64,000 bases of DNA from Octopus vulgaris (taxonomy: Eukaryota), in assembly GCA_951406725.2 (NCBI GenBank), contig OX597827.1, positions 60,760,001-60,824,000 of the forward strand, given 5' to 3'. Below the pieces are notes generated by a model. The model was not told the origin of the DNA and ran no database searches. It saw only the letters and a list, made by a program, of their open reading frames with translations. Shown here piece after piece: positions 40,028 to 54,129 of the stretch. Made by a program: the position numbers and the translations under genes. Position 1 is the first letter of the stretch. Every line of letters starts with the position of its first letter.

Positions 40028-41473
40028 ATGTATGGATGGATGTATGGATGGATGGATGTGTGTATGTGTGTCTGCCTTTGTGCTTATGTTTGTCCCCCAA
40101 CAACCAGTGTTTGTTTGTATGCATCCCTATAACTTAGTGGTTTGGCAAAAGCTACCAATAGAATAAGTACTAAGCATAAAAAAGAAAATAGGTCCTGGGA
40201 GTGATTTGTTTGACTAAACCCTTCAAAGCAGTGCCCCAGCGTGGCCACAGTCCAATGACTGAAACAAATAAATGTTAAAAAGATATTACTTCTCCTTTGG
40301 GCCCCAAACACTCGATGGAGTTGTGGAAGTACTATTGAGATATTCAGTGTGTCTTGGGCATTTTAAGTCTGGTGGAGCCCATTGCTTTCTAGGCCTGAAC
40401 GTAGCTGATTTCTTCCAGAGATAGACTGACAGATAGACAGGCAGCAGAAGAGAATGAGAAAGGACCAATTCTGAGCATGCACCTGTGAAAAAATTAGAGA
40501 AGGACTCTTGCCCTGTAAATCAGGCACCCACGGCTTTTCTGGGTTTTCCCACGAGAACCTTAAAGTGCCTCCCCTATTGGGAGTTTTAATTTGTTTAATT
40601 TTAATTCTTATTTATAATTGTTATTTAATTGTTATTTTACATGCTGTATAACCCATTGCATCGTCCTGTTTTTGTGTTTTTTATAGTCGCATGTCATTTA
40701 ATGTTATTTTATGTGATCGCTTGTGGCTAATAAAAGAATGAATCATCATCATCGTCATCATCACCATCATCACCACCACCACCACCACCACCACCATCAC
40801 CATCATCATCATCATCATCATTATTAAGGCAAGCTGGCAGAATCTTTAGTATGCTGGGCAAAATGCTTAGCAGTATCTCATCTGTCTTTATGTTCTGAGT
40901 TCAAATTCTGCCAACATCAACTTTGCCTTTCATCCTTTTTGGGGTCAATAAATTAAGTACCAGTGAAACACTGAGGGTCCATGTTATCAACTAGTTCCCA
41001 CCCCTCAAATTTCAGGTCCTTGTGCCTTTAGTAGAAAGGATTATTATTATTATTATTATTATTATTATTGAGTGAGAGAGCAGTTCATGCCATCAAAGTG
41101 ACACTGGGGTAAAATATACGAAGCCCAGTATACCCATCATGATTAACCGTTTCATAAGGGTACACCAGACACATGCATCACAGCCATGTGTGCGTAACAT
41201 GGTGATCTCATATCAAGATAAACAGTGCATGACCTTGCAGGTGAGGCCCAGTTAGAGTTCTCTTCTGGTCAGGTAGCCCGTCCCACTCAAAAGGTCCTTG
41301 AATAAGGATTGTTTAAGGATGTTGAACGAACCACCTATGTTTCCAAAGGTGAATTATCCAAACTTCCAAGAATTCCTTTCAACACACAGCTATAATGCTT
41401 CCCCACTACTTCTGCTCGTGGTCAGAGATGCACATATCATCAGCCACTAAGGGACATGGTCAACTGGTTAAGG

Positions 41474-41504
<31 letters not shown>

Positions 41505-41516
41505 CATTTTTATTAA

Positions 41517-41564
<48 letters not shown>

Positions 41565-41742
41565 GGTGGCAAGCTGGTAGTTCATCTGTCACTACATACT
41601 GAGTTTACCAAGGTCAGCTTTACTTTTCATCCTTTCAAGGTCGATAAATTAAGTACCAGTTAAGTATTGGGGTTCAATGTGATTGACTATCCCCTTCCCC
41701 ACAAAATCCAGGCCTTGTGCCTATAGTAGAAAGGATTGATGA

Positions 41743-41775
<33 letters not shown>

Positions 41776-41789
41776 CATTATTATTATTC

Positions 41790-42278
41790 AGTAGTTTTAT
41801 TTTTATATCGTGCTTTCACTACACTACCTATCGCAATCACAGCGTACCTTGGGTATGTGCTGTGGTTTGTTGTGACGCTCTTATGGTCACTGTATTGAAA
41901 GTGTTTTGCGTAGGATGTGTATAGTGCCTAGTAGTGCAATTTTCTGTATGTTATATATATTTTTAAGTCCTGGTGTTTTTGTTATGTATTTGTCTGAATA
42001 TTTTTTTATCATACCTAATGCACCCACTATGATAGGAATTGTTTCTGTTTTTAGATTCCACATACGATTTACCGCTATTTCCAGGTCTTTGTATTTTGAA
42101 AGTTTCTCCATCTCTTTTAGAGAAACGTTGTCATTTGTTGGTATTGATACATCAATTAGAAAACATTTTTTTCTTCGTGATCTCTGACAACTATATCTGG
42201 CCTATTGGCCTTAATTTCTCTATCGGTGTGAATTGGCATATCCCAAAGTATGGTTGCTTTCTCGTTTTCTGTGACCTT
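41790..42278 (-). mobile_element. R4/Dong-like non-LTR retrotransposon 3' end (RLE endonuclease) in (TAA)n
   Basis: ATILWDMPIHTDREIKANRPDIVV...LIDVSIP...EKLSKYKDLEI...IPIIVGALG...*; TAA arrays on both sides. Confidence 0.85.
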
Positions 42279-42326
42279 TTTATTTCATTTTTATTATTAT
42301 TATCATCATTATTATTGAAGCCATTA

Positions 42327-42369
<43 letters not shown>

Positions 42370-42413
42370 ACAACCAGAATAACAGTTTAAATAGAAATAA
42401 TTTGTCACCTTAC

Positions 42414-42721
42414 CTTAGCAGAGTATTGTTACTGTCAGCTATATTCCTCACTCCATGGAGACTTGTGTTGCTTGAAAAATGCATTAAAAGGTTTTTCGTG
42501 GCATCTTTCTCTTTTTTCTCCTCTTTGATGAGATTACTTTGAGAACTAATATAACTTTCTTCTTTTTTATATAATTCATTTCCAAGGCTACTGACATGCT
42601 GCTTCTTATCAAAATGAACTTTCTCTGTGATGTAATCTATCCAAGATTTTCCCTGTGTAGGGTCTCCTGTTCTATCATTACGAATAAATGAAGGCCAACG
42701 AAAATTCATGTTTCCTCTCAT
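42414..42721 (-). CDS. DEG/ENaC (ASIC-like) channel, coding exon 1
   Basis: ATG at 42721; N-terminal ...FSSNTSLHGVRNI with the DEG/ENaC HG gating motif; donor AG|GTAAGG (GT at 42413-42412), phase 2. Confidence 0.85.
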
Positions 42722-43644
42722 GCAACATTGACTAAATTAAGTATACATATACATATATATGCATACACACACATATATAAAGATTTTCATTTATATTTCA
42801 TTATCCAATGGACCATTTCTTGATGCTTAATTTCAGCAATATCAATAAAACTGATATTCTCAAACTTGTGCCTTTGGAATAAGAAAAAGAAAAAAATTAA
42901 ATTCACAGAGGTGACCTTTATATTCCCTGTATATATAACTTTCAAGTTTGTTGTCAAAGATGTCCAAAAGAGATAATATATTTCATTCTTTCACGATTTA
43001 CTTTGGGTTTGCTTATTTTTACATTTATGATATTCATGAGTTTTGGGTCCATCCCACATTTACAAAGAAATCAATCCAGTGTACTTTGTTGTGAATGAAA
43101 TGCATAAGTTAAAATATATGAATTCATCTACCATCAGAAAAGAAGAGGCTCAACAATCTTGTTTCATTATAAACTTGAGAGGTAGCACACATTTGATGGT
43201 GTCTGGTTCGCGGTTTTGGGCAATGAAAATTTTGATACTATATAACAAACAATAAATGTTTAAGTGAAAGTAACGGTCTTTCTGTGTTCCTGAATGGCTA
43301 ACTTATGTCTTCAACACTGCAATGGTCTTAGTTTCAACACACAATGCAAGTACAACTCTGTAATATAAACTTGGATGTTCAAGGATAAATGAAGTTTTAA
43401 AATGGATAATATTTATGAGTTTCAGATCTATCCTGGATCGGCAAAGAAATCAATTCAATGTACTTTGTCAACGATGAAATGCAAAGGTTGATATGAATAT
43501 ATCTGCTGTCAGGAAAGAAAGAGGCTCATTACCTTTGTCTTATAACAGACTTGAATATTCTGAAATAAATTAGCAGTTTTCTCACTAAAGGGAAAAAAAC
43601 CCTATAAAACATTAAGCCCTGGAAACAAATATACATATGTATGC

Positions 43645-43675
<31 letters not shown>

Positions 43676-43683
43676 CATATGTA

Positions 43684-43729
<46 letters not shown>

Positions 43730-44574
43730 TATAAATACACAAACATATGTATCCACATATATGCACGCATGTATATACATATGTACATACATATATCTAC
43801 ATACATATATACATTTACATAAGTGTGCACAAACACACACACACACACACACAAATACACACATACACGCAAACACACATACATATATAAACTACCAATA
43901 AAAAACGATGTTTTAAATGGGAAATGAATATGCTGACAACATCTTGGAAATGAAGGACAATTTTGAAAGCAGAACGCTCCATTGTTGTCTTATCACCAAA
44001 GTACAATGGGAAGACACTCCCACTCTAATACGTTATTGTCTTTAGCTTCATGTATTTTAAAGATTTTTTTTCTTCCCTTATTGACCATATTCTTACTGCT
44101 CTGGATTTGTTTTACCAATTTTCTTTTCCTTTTGTTCTCTCATTTCGTTTTTTCCTTTTTTCTCTCGGTCAGCTCTAAACAGCCCATTAACGCCTGACAT
44201 TAAAACATCAAACAATCAATTTGCCTCATTTCTGTACGCTATCTCTTTTACCTGTATTTTTTGCCATCTATATTTTATATTCACCTTTTGTCATCTATAT
44301 TATGAAGCAATTAGAAGGTTGATTAGAAAAGCCCTTCCTTAAGTGGCATTGATGATATTATTCAACTGTTCCATTACAATTAACAAAGAATATTTAACTG
44401 CTTCCTTTCTGGTCTGTGTTTTTTATTTATTATTCTCAAAGGAATAAATGCGTGCATAAATACATACATACATAAATGTATACATATATATACATAAAAA
44501 ACATACATCTATATACACACACACACACAGAAAGAGAGAAGAGAGAGTGAGTGGTGACAATTAGGACGATGATG

Positions 44575-45160
44575 ATGATATATGTATGAATGTATGCCTG
44601 CATATGTATGTATGTATGAATATATGTAAGCATGCATGTATGTGTATGTAAGCCTGTCTGTATGTATGCATGTATGTATATATATATATAGAGAGAGAGA
44701 GAGATATATATGTATGAATGTATTATGTATGTATGTACATACGTACATATGTAGGCATGTATGTAAGCATACATGTATGTATGCATGTATATATGTGTGT
44801 GAATGTATGCATATGCATGTATGTGTGAATATATGTAAACATGCATATATGTTTGTGTATGTATGTATGTATGCGTGTATGTATGCATGTATATATATAT
44901 ATATATATGTATGCATGTATGTGTGTGTGTGTATGTATGCATATGCATGTATTGATATATGTAAGCGGGCATGTATGTATGTATGTATGCATGCATGCAT
45001 GTATATATATATGTATGTATGCATGTATGTATATATGTACATATGTAAGTAAGTATGAATGCATGCATATATGTATGCATGCATGCATGTTATCATGTAT
45101 GTATGTGCATGTATACATGCATGTATGTATGTATATATGCATGCATGTAAATGTATATAG
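44575..45160. repeat. Degenerate (TGTA/TGCA)n microsatellite
   Basis: Direct reading. Confidence 0.9.
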
Positions 45161-46003
45161 CTCTGCATAGCATAAACTTTCACAAAGCTGGTTGAAAGTG
45201 ATTCAAAAAGAGATCCTCAAATAGGGCTGGCTGGCATCAAAGTCTCTTCAAACAAGACACAATGTTACGAAACTTTAACAATGCAAGCTATATGATGCTT
45301 TTGATATGTTCCAGAAGGAAAGGTTAACATGTGCAACAATAAAATTCCAGGGAAGTGAAAGTCCTCATGAGACATAGGACAAGGTGTGAGATCATTTAGA
45401 CAGTCAATGAACAAACAATGGAAAATCTCACCTAATAGAGACATCCACCCACCAGAAATAGAGAATAAAAATCAATCGCTCTCATCAAAGTGGGGAGATC
45501 AGATAGAGAGAGACAAGAGCCGTAGATATTATGCAAACAGACTCTGAAGTTTTCAATAAATTTGTTAACAGAATCACCCACATCATCACCACCACCACCA
45601 CCAGTATGTTAGTGTGTGCTAGTATGATACACACACACACATATATATAGAGAGATAGATAGATAGATAGATAGATAGGTAGACAGATACATATATACAT
45701 ACGTACATATACAATGTGTGTGTATATAAATATAAATATATATATGTGTGTGTGTGTATATATATATATGTGTGTGTGTGTATGTATATATATATATATA
45801 TATATGTATATGTATATATATATATATGTATGTATATACTACACTCTCAGAGTTGTTGGCGTTAGGAAGGGCATCCAGCTGTAGAAACACTGCCAGATCT
45901 GACTGGCCTGGTGCAGCCTTCGGGCTCCCCAGACCCCAGTTAAACCGTCCAACCCATGCTAGCATGGAAAGCGGACATTAAACGATGATGATGATGATGA
46001 TAT

Positions 46004-46069
<66 letters not shown>

Positions 46070-46070
<1 letters not shown>

Positions 46071-46540
46071 CACTAAAGTTAAAGTCTGATCATAAAGTGA
46101 TCAATGGTTTTGCATCTACAAAAGCCACAGCTCATCAGACTATACAAAGACAAATTTAATTCTTCACCACTTGGAGGTAAAAAGTTATTACAATCAATTG
46201 GTTAAAAGGCCATCAGAGAATGAAAATTCCAGAGTTGATGAAGTTGGGTTGTCTCCCCAAGAGGGATCTATCTCGTAGCCTACTAACAGATCATAAGGAC
46301 TCTTACAATCTTAATCAGAGAATGGGGAATCCCAATTTTGTAGCAGGTAGCACTTGAAATGGATACATTGTGTGTACATTTCTTGACAAATATTCGGTGA
46401 GGCAGGCTTAATAAAGTCTTTAAGTACTCTGGTTCGCTCAGTTATGCAGAGCTTGCAGTATCCACTCCTATTAATGTAGGGACCTGGCTGTTCTAAGATC
46501 TTCCACTTGATATCATATGGAACCCTTATCTGTGATGCAG
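46070..46540 (-). mobile_element. Penelope-like GIY-YIG C-terminus and 3' region
   Basis: PYDIKWKILEQPGPYINRSGYCKLCITERTRVLK...QCIHFKCYLL; degenerate hammerhead (agt CTGATGA gc...gc AAAA ccattga TC act) at about 46096-46142; ends at (TA)n. Confidence 0.72.
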
Positions 46541-46548
46541 CATGGAAT

Positions 46549-46599
46549 TTTGTCAGTGAACAGGTTGCAATTTCAAAGAGACGAAAATATTTTGGCAAA
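46549..46599 (+). ncRNA. Hammerhead variant with G3:C8 core
   Basis: tttgtca GTGAACA g gttgc...gagac GAAA atat TT tggcaaa. Confidence 0.55.
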
Positions 46600-46911
46600 T
46601 TAAATATAAATGTTGAAGTGAATCTAATGGTTTTCGTGTGTTTCTTAAATGGCTTATAAACACCTTCCACACAGCAATTGCTATATATATATATAAACCA
46701 GCCATATCCAGTCAAAATATTCCACTTGTTCTATGTTCAAACCAAATCAGCAAGATCTGGCTTCTCACACCAACACTATGATGTCAATTTAAAAGTAAAC
46801 AATCACATCATTGAAATCTCAAAGCTACAAGATAATGCATTGATTAATTGTAAATGATGTGAATAAATAAGCATTACATTTGACAAAGTGATCTGAATGC
46901 TAAAGGGTTAA

Positions 46912-47878
46912 GTATTGAATCAGCTCATAAATAATGCAGTTTTTGCAATTGAATGAACCAACGGTTGGAGGGGGATGAGATAAACTACCTGCATCAACTT
47001 GCTATAAAAGTGCAAGTTTTGAAGAGTGCAGTTCAAACAGTTATTTTTCAAAGCTATAACAGAAGCGTCAAAGGAGCATAATTTGCTTTATGAGTTCAAT
47101 GAAGGCAACAACACAATGGAAAGTGCGAGGAATATTAATGCAGTATATGGAAATTGGACAAGGGTGGTTCTAGTAATTCCGAGCCAGAAACTACAGCCTA
47201 GAAGATGTGCCTCATCCTGGAATATCTGTAGAGTTTGGCAAGGACATCCTGCAAAGCCTGATGGAACAAAATCCCATTGTAATTGTTGAGGAACTAGCAG
47301 AGAAGCTTGGATTTGGTCATTCAACCATTCATCAACACCTGTGTGCCAATTGGGTCAATGGGTTCCTCACAAACTTTCTGAGTCTAATTGCATACAGAGA
47401 GTGAACATATGCTCTTCTTTGCTGTCACATTTCATGAATGAACCTTTTTTGGACCGAATAGTGACTGGTGACGAGAAATGGGTTCTCTATAAAAAAATTG
47501 TCAAGCACCAAAGACAGTGGGTAGGGAAAGGAGAAACACTGGCACCTCAGGCTAAAGAAGGTCTTCACCCACATAATGTGTTGTTATCTTAAGTCAGCAC
47601 TAGAAGAAAAATGACCATGTTTGGTTTCAAGACGAAAGGTGTTCTTCCATCAGGATAATGCTTGACCACATACAGTGAGGATGACATTCCAAAGGATGGA
47701 GCAGTTTGAATGGGAAATGATGCACCACCCACCATATTTGCTGAATATTGTCCCATCTGATTATCATTAATTCTGTAGTCTTCAAAATAATTTGGACAGA
47801 AAAAATATGAATTTTGTACATGAGGTCAGAACAGTATTGGAGGAGCATTTTTACATTACGGACAAGTGAATTTTGCCT
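46912..47878 (+). mobile_element. Decayed mariner transposon
   Basis: WVPHKL, FLDRIVTGDEKWVLY, HQDNA*PH, HPPY...PSDYH; stops and frameshifts. Confidence 0.85.
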
Positions 47879-50800
47879 GAGGCTTTAGTAGAAGACACTT
47901 GCCCAAAGTGCTTCACAGTGGAACTCAATCCAGAGCCATGTGGTTGGTAAGCAAGCTTCTTATCACACAGCCACTCCTGCAGCTCTCTCTCTCTCTCTCA
48001 TCATTTTAATGTCTACTTTTCCATGCTTGCATGGCTGGATGAAGTTTGAGACAGATTTTCTACAACCAGATGCCCTTCCTGTTGCCAACCCTCACCTATT
48101 TCCAAGCAATGTAATATTTCCCCTTGGCCCAGATATGTTTTCCATGAAAGACTAGAAAACAAACAACATTGCTTATTAATCATAACATAATGTCAAACTA
48201 AGGGAACACCAAACACACATCATCATTTTAACGTCTACTCTCTCATGCTTGCATGGTTGAGTGGAGCTTATTGAGGCACATTTTCCACAGCTGGATGCCA
48301 ACCCTCAAGGAAGGTAATATTTCCACATAGCCAGATATATTTTTACAGAATGTTGGTAATTAATGACACTACTTCTCTGACAGTGACAATCATTTTACAG
48401 TTTTCACACAATGTCAAATGCAAGGAGACAGACACTCACACACACACACATGCATGAGACTATAATGACACCCAAGTGTTGTACAGTGGAACTGAATCTG
48501 GAGCACATATGGTGGGGGAGCAAGGTTCTCAACCACGCAGCCACACCTGTGTTGATTATCAGAAGGAAAAAAATGGCAATATAAATATTTGAAAAACAGT
48601 GTAGGAGTGGCTGTGTGGCATATAGGAGTAGGAGTGGCTGTGTGGTAAGTAGCTTGCTTACAAACCACATTGTTCTGGATTCAGTCACACTGCATGGCAC
48701 ATTGGGCAAGTGTCTTCTACTATAGCCTCGGGCCGGCCAAAGCCTTGTTAGTGGATTTGGTAGACGGAAACTGAAAGAAGCCCGAGGTATATATGTATAT
48801 GTGTGTGTGTTTGTGTGTCTGTGTTTGTCCCCCCAACATCGCTTGACAACCGATGCTGGTGTGTTTACGTCCCCGTAACTTAGCAGTTCGGCAAAAGAGA
48901 CCGATAGAATAAGTACTAGGCTAACAAAGAATAAGTCCTGGCGTCGATTTGCTCGACTAAAGGTGGTGCTCCAGCATGGCCACAGTCAAATGACTGAAAT
49001 AATGAAAAGACTAAAAGAGTAAAAGAGTGTTCTATTAATTAAAAACAATGTTTTAATCCGATAAAAGAAAATTCACAGTCAAATGAAAAATAAATCTTGG
49101 TTAGTAAAAACAAAAACAAAAAAAATAATAATAACAATAACAACAACAGTTAACCATTGCTGGAAACAGCTGAAATAATTTTAATCAAAGCATATGAAAT
49201 CTGAATTTATTGGGGAATGTAAATGGTTATGTTTCATCTATGAGATGTATCTGTTTCAAACTCAAAGAATATAACCAACAAATGTTAACAACTACAAGAA
49301 ATAAAGAAAAATTAAAATATTTCTTTGGGTAGAAGAAGAAAGAAAAAAACACAGTCTCCCAGTAAATTCTCAGTGAAAATTCTTCTGCAGTTTCTTGTAA
49401 CTATTTGAAGAGGGTATGTGTTTACCATTTTGATTAGTCAGTCAAATGTATTGCTTATTCATTCAAATTGCTTTGAATTTATCATGCATCATAGCATAGC
49501 TTTGAGACTTCAGTAAATGTGATTGTTTATTTTCAGAATGACATTGTAGGATAAGTGCGATAGGCCAGAGTGAACTTGTTTGAACATAGAACAGGTTCAA
49601 TATTTGAGCTGAATATGGTCAGTTTAATTAAATGCTAAAGTGTTTTTTCATTAATTTGGTCAGATTTTTTTCTTAAAAAACAAAATCAATGAAATGAAAA
49701 TTAAATTAATTTAATTTCTTTCAGTCAATATTAACTGCGAAGATTTTTCAATTAACCTTTTAGAATTTAAACTAGCCATATCAAACCCAAATATTTTATC
49801 TGCTTTATGTTGAAACTGGCCAGATCCTGCCTCTCACACCTATCCTACAATCTCGTTAAAAACTAAGTAATCACACCATTGAAATCTTGAAGCTATGTGA
49901 TAATGTGTGGTTAATTCAAAACAATGTGAATAAATATGCATTATATATGACAGAGTAATCTAAATGCTGAAGAGTTAAGAAGTGTTATTTAGTTAAATAT
50001 TACCGGTGTCAGTTTAAGACAGAAAAACACAAACTGCAGGAGCAGTTCAATGGGTCTGTTTCACTTTTCAGTTTCAAATTAAATAATAATATTTTGTTTT
50101 TCATAACAAAATATAAAGTTTGAAAGGTAAAAATTCAATTAATTCCAAGATTGAGTTTAGCCATACAAAAACCCCAAAAACAAATAGATATTTAGAAAGG
50201 AAAATTAATTATAAGTAAAAACTGCATATGTTTCTCTCCTAAATGAATTACAATGTAGAAAAATTAACATTACAATTACAGATACAATTAATTAAATGTA
50301 TACAAGGGAAAAAATATCCATGCATTTTATTAACATTAGTGGATTTTATTTCAGAGGTGGAGAGATCTATTACTAGGTGGAGGGTGGTCTAATTAGGGAG
50401 TGTGTGATTTTAATTAAATATTGTGCTTGCTAGATTAAATTCAAAAACGTTTATTCTATTTAATTTTTTTTTTTAATTTCAATCTAAAGTACAATGTCCA
50501 GTTTCTGACAAAATACCTAAATTAACATATTAATTTGACCTTCATTTAAAAGAGAAGCGAGAAGTCACTTCTTTAATTAATTAGTTACTGCCAAAAAAAA
50601 AAATTCCCCTCTAAAGCAGATAATATATTGATAATGAGGTTTATATGAACAAGTGTTAATTAGTGACAAAAAAAATAATTATCTAATAAATAAGAAACCA
50701 ACAGTCAGCAACACACTGAGTTTGAAGATTAAAAAATAAAACAAATTTTTTTTTTTCAACCCACAGTTTTTTTGTTGTCTTTTTGTAATTTTATAATTTT

Positions 50801-51211
50801 TGTTTTTTGTTTTGTTTGCTTTTTTTGCTTGCTAAATTCTTCATTAAGGAAACTTTCTATAATACACCTATGTATATACACGCATATACATTCACATATA
50901 TACACATACATACACGTCGACATATACATATATACATACACACTGACACACACACATATATATACACACACACACCCCTACACATTACATATACAGTTAT
51001 TAAGGATTCATAATAGAAAAAAAAAATAGGTTTTAGAATATCTGAGTTTTGGACTATATTATTTTATACTAATTAACTCCCAATAAAATAACAACAATGA
51101 GTGATTTTTTTTTAAATCTGTTTTTTTTTTCTTTTTTGCAGCCACAAACCAACTGCACTAAGTAGTAGTAGTAGTAGTAATAGTAGCAGCAGCAATAGTA
51201 GTTGTAACTGT

Positions 51212-51250
<39 letters not shown>

Positions 51251-51665
51251 ATATATTGTAAAATTAAATTCTATTTTTTGCTTGTTTTTTTCTTTCGTTC
51301 TGTGTATGTGTGTTTTCTTTGCTTTTAGAGAGAATTACAGAGTCACATGAATGAGATTCCTAAACAAGTTAACCCAGCAAAAACCATTATTTGTTTTGTT
51401 TTTGTTTTTGGTTATTATTTTTTTTTCTTCTTCTTTAATAACAATTCAAGCATATAAAATGTACATTGTAACAGCAAGTCCAGTCGTTCAGTTTTTTCCT
51501 AAAGTTGCCTTTATCCTGAGAGGAAGATGTCATTTGTTGAAAGACGTTTCTGGTTTTTGTCATCCAAATTTCAGTTCTGTTGCCATAGCTACAAGTATTA
51601 GGAGTCCCTTGAGGCACGTTTGCCCCACCAGCGTCAGCCTCACTGCCACCAGTAGAAAGTAAATC

Positions 51666-51812
51666 TCAGGAAACGGCCAGGGAGAAGAGCACGATTCGAG
51701 CTGGGTTGAAATACAAGTGTGATGAGTGAAAGACCAATGACCACATGTAAGGGATGAAAAATTCCTCTGGAGATTCTTCTTCGACATACTTAAAACGCAG
51801 CTCGGGAAATTT
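51666..51812 (-). CDS. DYM: Dymeclin last coding exon
   Basis: [28 protein letters not shown]...S*, the conserved dymeclin C-terminus. Confidence 0.95.
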   Translation of the reverse strand, partial: KFPELRFKYVEEESPEEFFIPYMWSLVFHSSHLYFNPARIVLFSLAVS

Positions 51813-52618
51813 CTGCAAAAAAAAATATTACAATGTCTATATAATGCCAGTTGACATGTTGGTCGGTTGAAAGAAGTGTGAGAGAACGTAAAAGAAAGAT
51901 ACAGAAAGAGTTAACATAAAAAGTGTAGAAGTAGTGCACATACTAGGCTAGGTGGCAGGCAATGGGAAAAAGAAAGCTATGCACACACATATTCTTTTAT
52001 TCTTTTACTGGTTTCAGTCATTGGACTGCAGTCATGCTAGAGCACTGCCTTTAAAGATTATAATCAAAACAAATCAGCCCCAAGACTTATTCTTTGCAAG
52101 CCTAATATTTACTGTCAGTCTCTTTTGCTGAAGTGCTAAGTTATGGTGGATGTAAACATACCAACATCAGTTGTCAAGCAATGGGGAGGGGGTGACAAAC
52201 ACAGACACATATAAATATATATATGTATATACTATGGATTTCTTTCAGTTTCTGCCTACCAAATCTACTCACAAGGAGATGACACTTGCCCAAGGAGCCA
52301 CACAGTAGAACTGAACCTAGAACCATGTGGCTGGGAATACTCTGCTGAGTTAACCTTATTTTTCATTGATAAAAGTTAAATAATTATTGCATGTATGCCA
52401 TATTTTTTGATATTACCCATAATGGCAAATTATATTTCCTCAGTTGTTACATGACAGATAAAAATCTAATTATTACTATATGCTTAGCAGTCAATGAAAG
52501 TATTTTAGAAAATGCAGAAAGATATAAAAACATAGGATATATATAAGTTCAAACAGAAATATTTTGTTTTTTCAAAACCCCAACAAAATATACAAAAAAA
52601 TAAATATAATAAACTCAC

Positions 52619-52732
52619 TCTTAATCGATCTTTACGAAACTGTAAAGACCCTTCCTTAATGGTCGTTAAAACTTCATTTGGAGAAAGATTCTGTCCATTC
52701 TGTTCTAGTTTGGAAGAAAAATAGGCTAAGAC
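52619..52732 (-). CDS. DYM: Dymeclin exon
   Basis: VLAYFSSKLEQNGQNLSPNEVLTTIKEGSLQFRKDRLR; AG/GT. Confidence 0.92.
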
Positions 52733-53213
52733 CTGAAAGAGAAAAATTAAATAGAAAATCTTAAGAATTTCATCAGCATTGTTTTGACGTTCATTCCTCA
52801 ATTCTCTCATGAGTCAGATAGAAATTGTTGAAGGAGATTTTCTATAGCAAGATGCTTCATATGTTGCCAATCTTCACTGGTTTCCAAATAAGGCAATATT
52901 TTTCACATAGCTAGACATGTTTTTCACAGAAGACTGGTTATAAACTGTACAAATTACCTTACCTGTACAATTTACAACCATCATGTGACGTGTATACAAG
53001 GGGACACACACACAAACACATACACATCATCATCATTTAATGTCTGTTTTCCGTGCTGGCATAGGTGGGATGGTCTGCAGGATACAGCATGCCACAGGGC
53101 TATGCTGTGCTTCAGTGCCAGCTTTGGCACAGTTTCTACAGCTGGATGCCTTTCCTAAGGCCAACAACTTACACACATACACATACATATATGTATGTAC
53201 ATACATGTAATTT

Positions 53214-53246
<33 letters not shown>

Positions 53247-53249
53247 TGT

Positions 53250-53570
53250 CTCTGGATTTCATCCCACAGGTGTTCAATTGTGGTGCAAATCCGGGCTGAG
53301 AGCCAGCCACAGCATGGTTCTGATGTTGTGCTGACACAAGAAGTCCTTGGTAACCCTGGTCATGAGGAAAGGAGCATTGTCCTGCTGAAACACGTGGCTA
53401 TGGTTACGCATGAAGAAGGGTATGATGTGAGGTCTTAGGATCTGGTCAACATAACACTGTGCTGTGATGCCATTCCCTTCTGCCTGCATGAACATTTTGG
53501 AACATAAAGGGCCCATTTCTCTGATTTAGGCCTATAGTGCCCTAAACCATTTCTTTTGCTGTTCAGTGTA
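53250..53570 (-). mobile_element. Tc1-like transposase fragment
   Basis: YVDQILRPHIIPF...FQQDNAP...WLALSPDL. Confidence 0.75.
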
Positions 53571-54129
53571 TCATCATCATTTAGCATCCGCTTTCCATGC
53601 TAGCATGGGTTGGACGGTTCAACTGGGGTCTGGGAAGCCAGAAGGCTGCACCAGGCCCAGTCTGATCTGGCAATGTTTCTACAGCTAGATGCCCTTCGTA
53701 ACGCCAGCCACTCCGTGAGTGTAGTGGGTGCTTTTTACGTGCCACCGGCACAGGTGCCAGACAGGGCTGGCAAACGGCCACGGTCGGATGGTGCTTTTTA
53801 CATGCCACCGGCGAGGCTGGCAATGTATATTATGTATATTATGTCATTATGTATATTATGTCATAAGCACTTAGAAAGGAATAGTTGTCATTTCCTTTGA
53901 TTTCTAAATGGAAGTAAAAAGGAAATAACACTTACTGACCAAAGAGAGGAAAAAAACAATGGAAATTTTGTTACACAGTGTTATTTTTAGAATGACATTG
54001 AAGGGTAGGCATGAGAGGATGGATCTGGATGGTTAAAACATAAAACGGGTAGGATATTTAGGCCGGATATGGCTGGTTTAAATGCTAAAGGATTTAAGAA
54101 GTGAAACACAGGCAACCTTATTTACTTAC

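Noticed and set aside
46311-46715. 134-aa ORF as a real gene
   Set aside because: Chimeric read-through: the N-half is antisense repeat sequence and the C-half a truncated PLE endonuclease.
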